NCBI RefSeq assembly: GCF_021869535.1
Contig: NW_026262604.1
Coordinates: forward strand, 56,482,001 to 56,546,000
Direction of reading: 5' to 3'
Origin: Mytilus californianus
Lineage: Eukaryota
Length of the DNA: 64,000 nucleotides
The notes below the pieces were generated by a model. It was not told the DNA's origin and did not search any database. It saw only the letters and a list, made by a program, of their open reading frames with translations. Of the stretch, positions 63,784 through 64,000 are shown piece after piece; within the stretch, counting starts at the first letter, position 1; each line of letters begins with the position of its first letter. A program made the position numbers and the translations under genes.

Positions 63784-64000
63784 TTAAATGAAAGAAATTT
63801 GCAATTGTCAAAAACATTTTTTAGATCCAAAGATTTTAATAGGAGGATATTTAAAAATCAACGTGAAAACTAATTACAAACTATTTAATTTAATTTGGAA
63901 CACAGCATTTTATTTCAAAATAGCCAGTGGCAATTTTTGTTTTAAATATCTTGATTACGATACAATGAAATCTTACCCTTGTGGTCATTCATGCGTAGTT

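Overview
AT-rich animal genomic DNA, most likely from a bivalve mollusc. The repeat repertoire looks like Mytilus, but that is an inference. Four things stand out. (1) A complete 13-exon, 516-aa clan-3 cytochrome P450 gene on the + strand (19392-40610). The ORF track misses it, its intron phases largely match human CYP3A4, and its I-helix is atypical (GGFGTT). (2) An intact, apparently young tyrosine-recombinase retrotransposon on the - strand (58575-63783; DIRS order, PAT-like). It has split direct repeats, gag, RT/RNaseH/methyltransferase and YR ORFs. The YR ORF has no usable ATG but can be joined in frame to the gag 5' end by a consensus splice. (3) Two tandem arrays of a ~537-bp repeat that both end in (TA)n. 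Each unit of the 47-48.6 kb array carries an intact type I hammerhead ribozyme (retrozyme-like), while the 25-26 kb array carries core-mutated ones. At least three other hammerhead-bearing repeat families and Penelope-like RT remnants are also present. (4) Background repeats: tRNA-SINEs, Harbinger- and Kolobok-type MITEs, a Helentron-type element with 180-bp repeats, minisatellites, and three long foldback hairpins with a shared loop motif. All coordinates and translations were read by eye; family assignments were not checked against databases.
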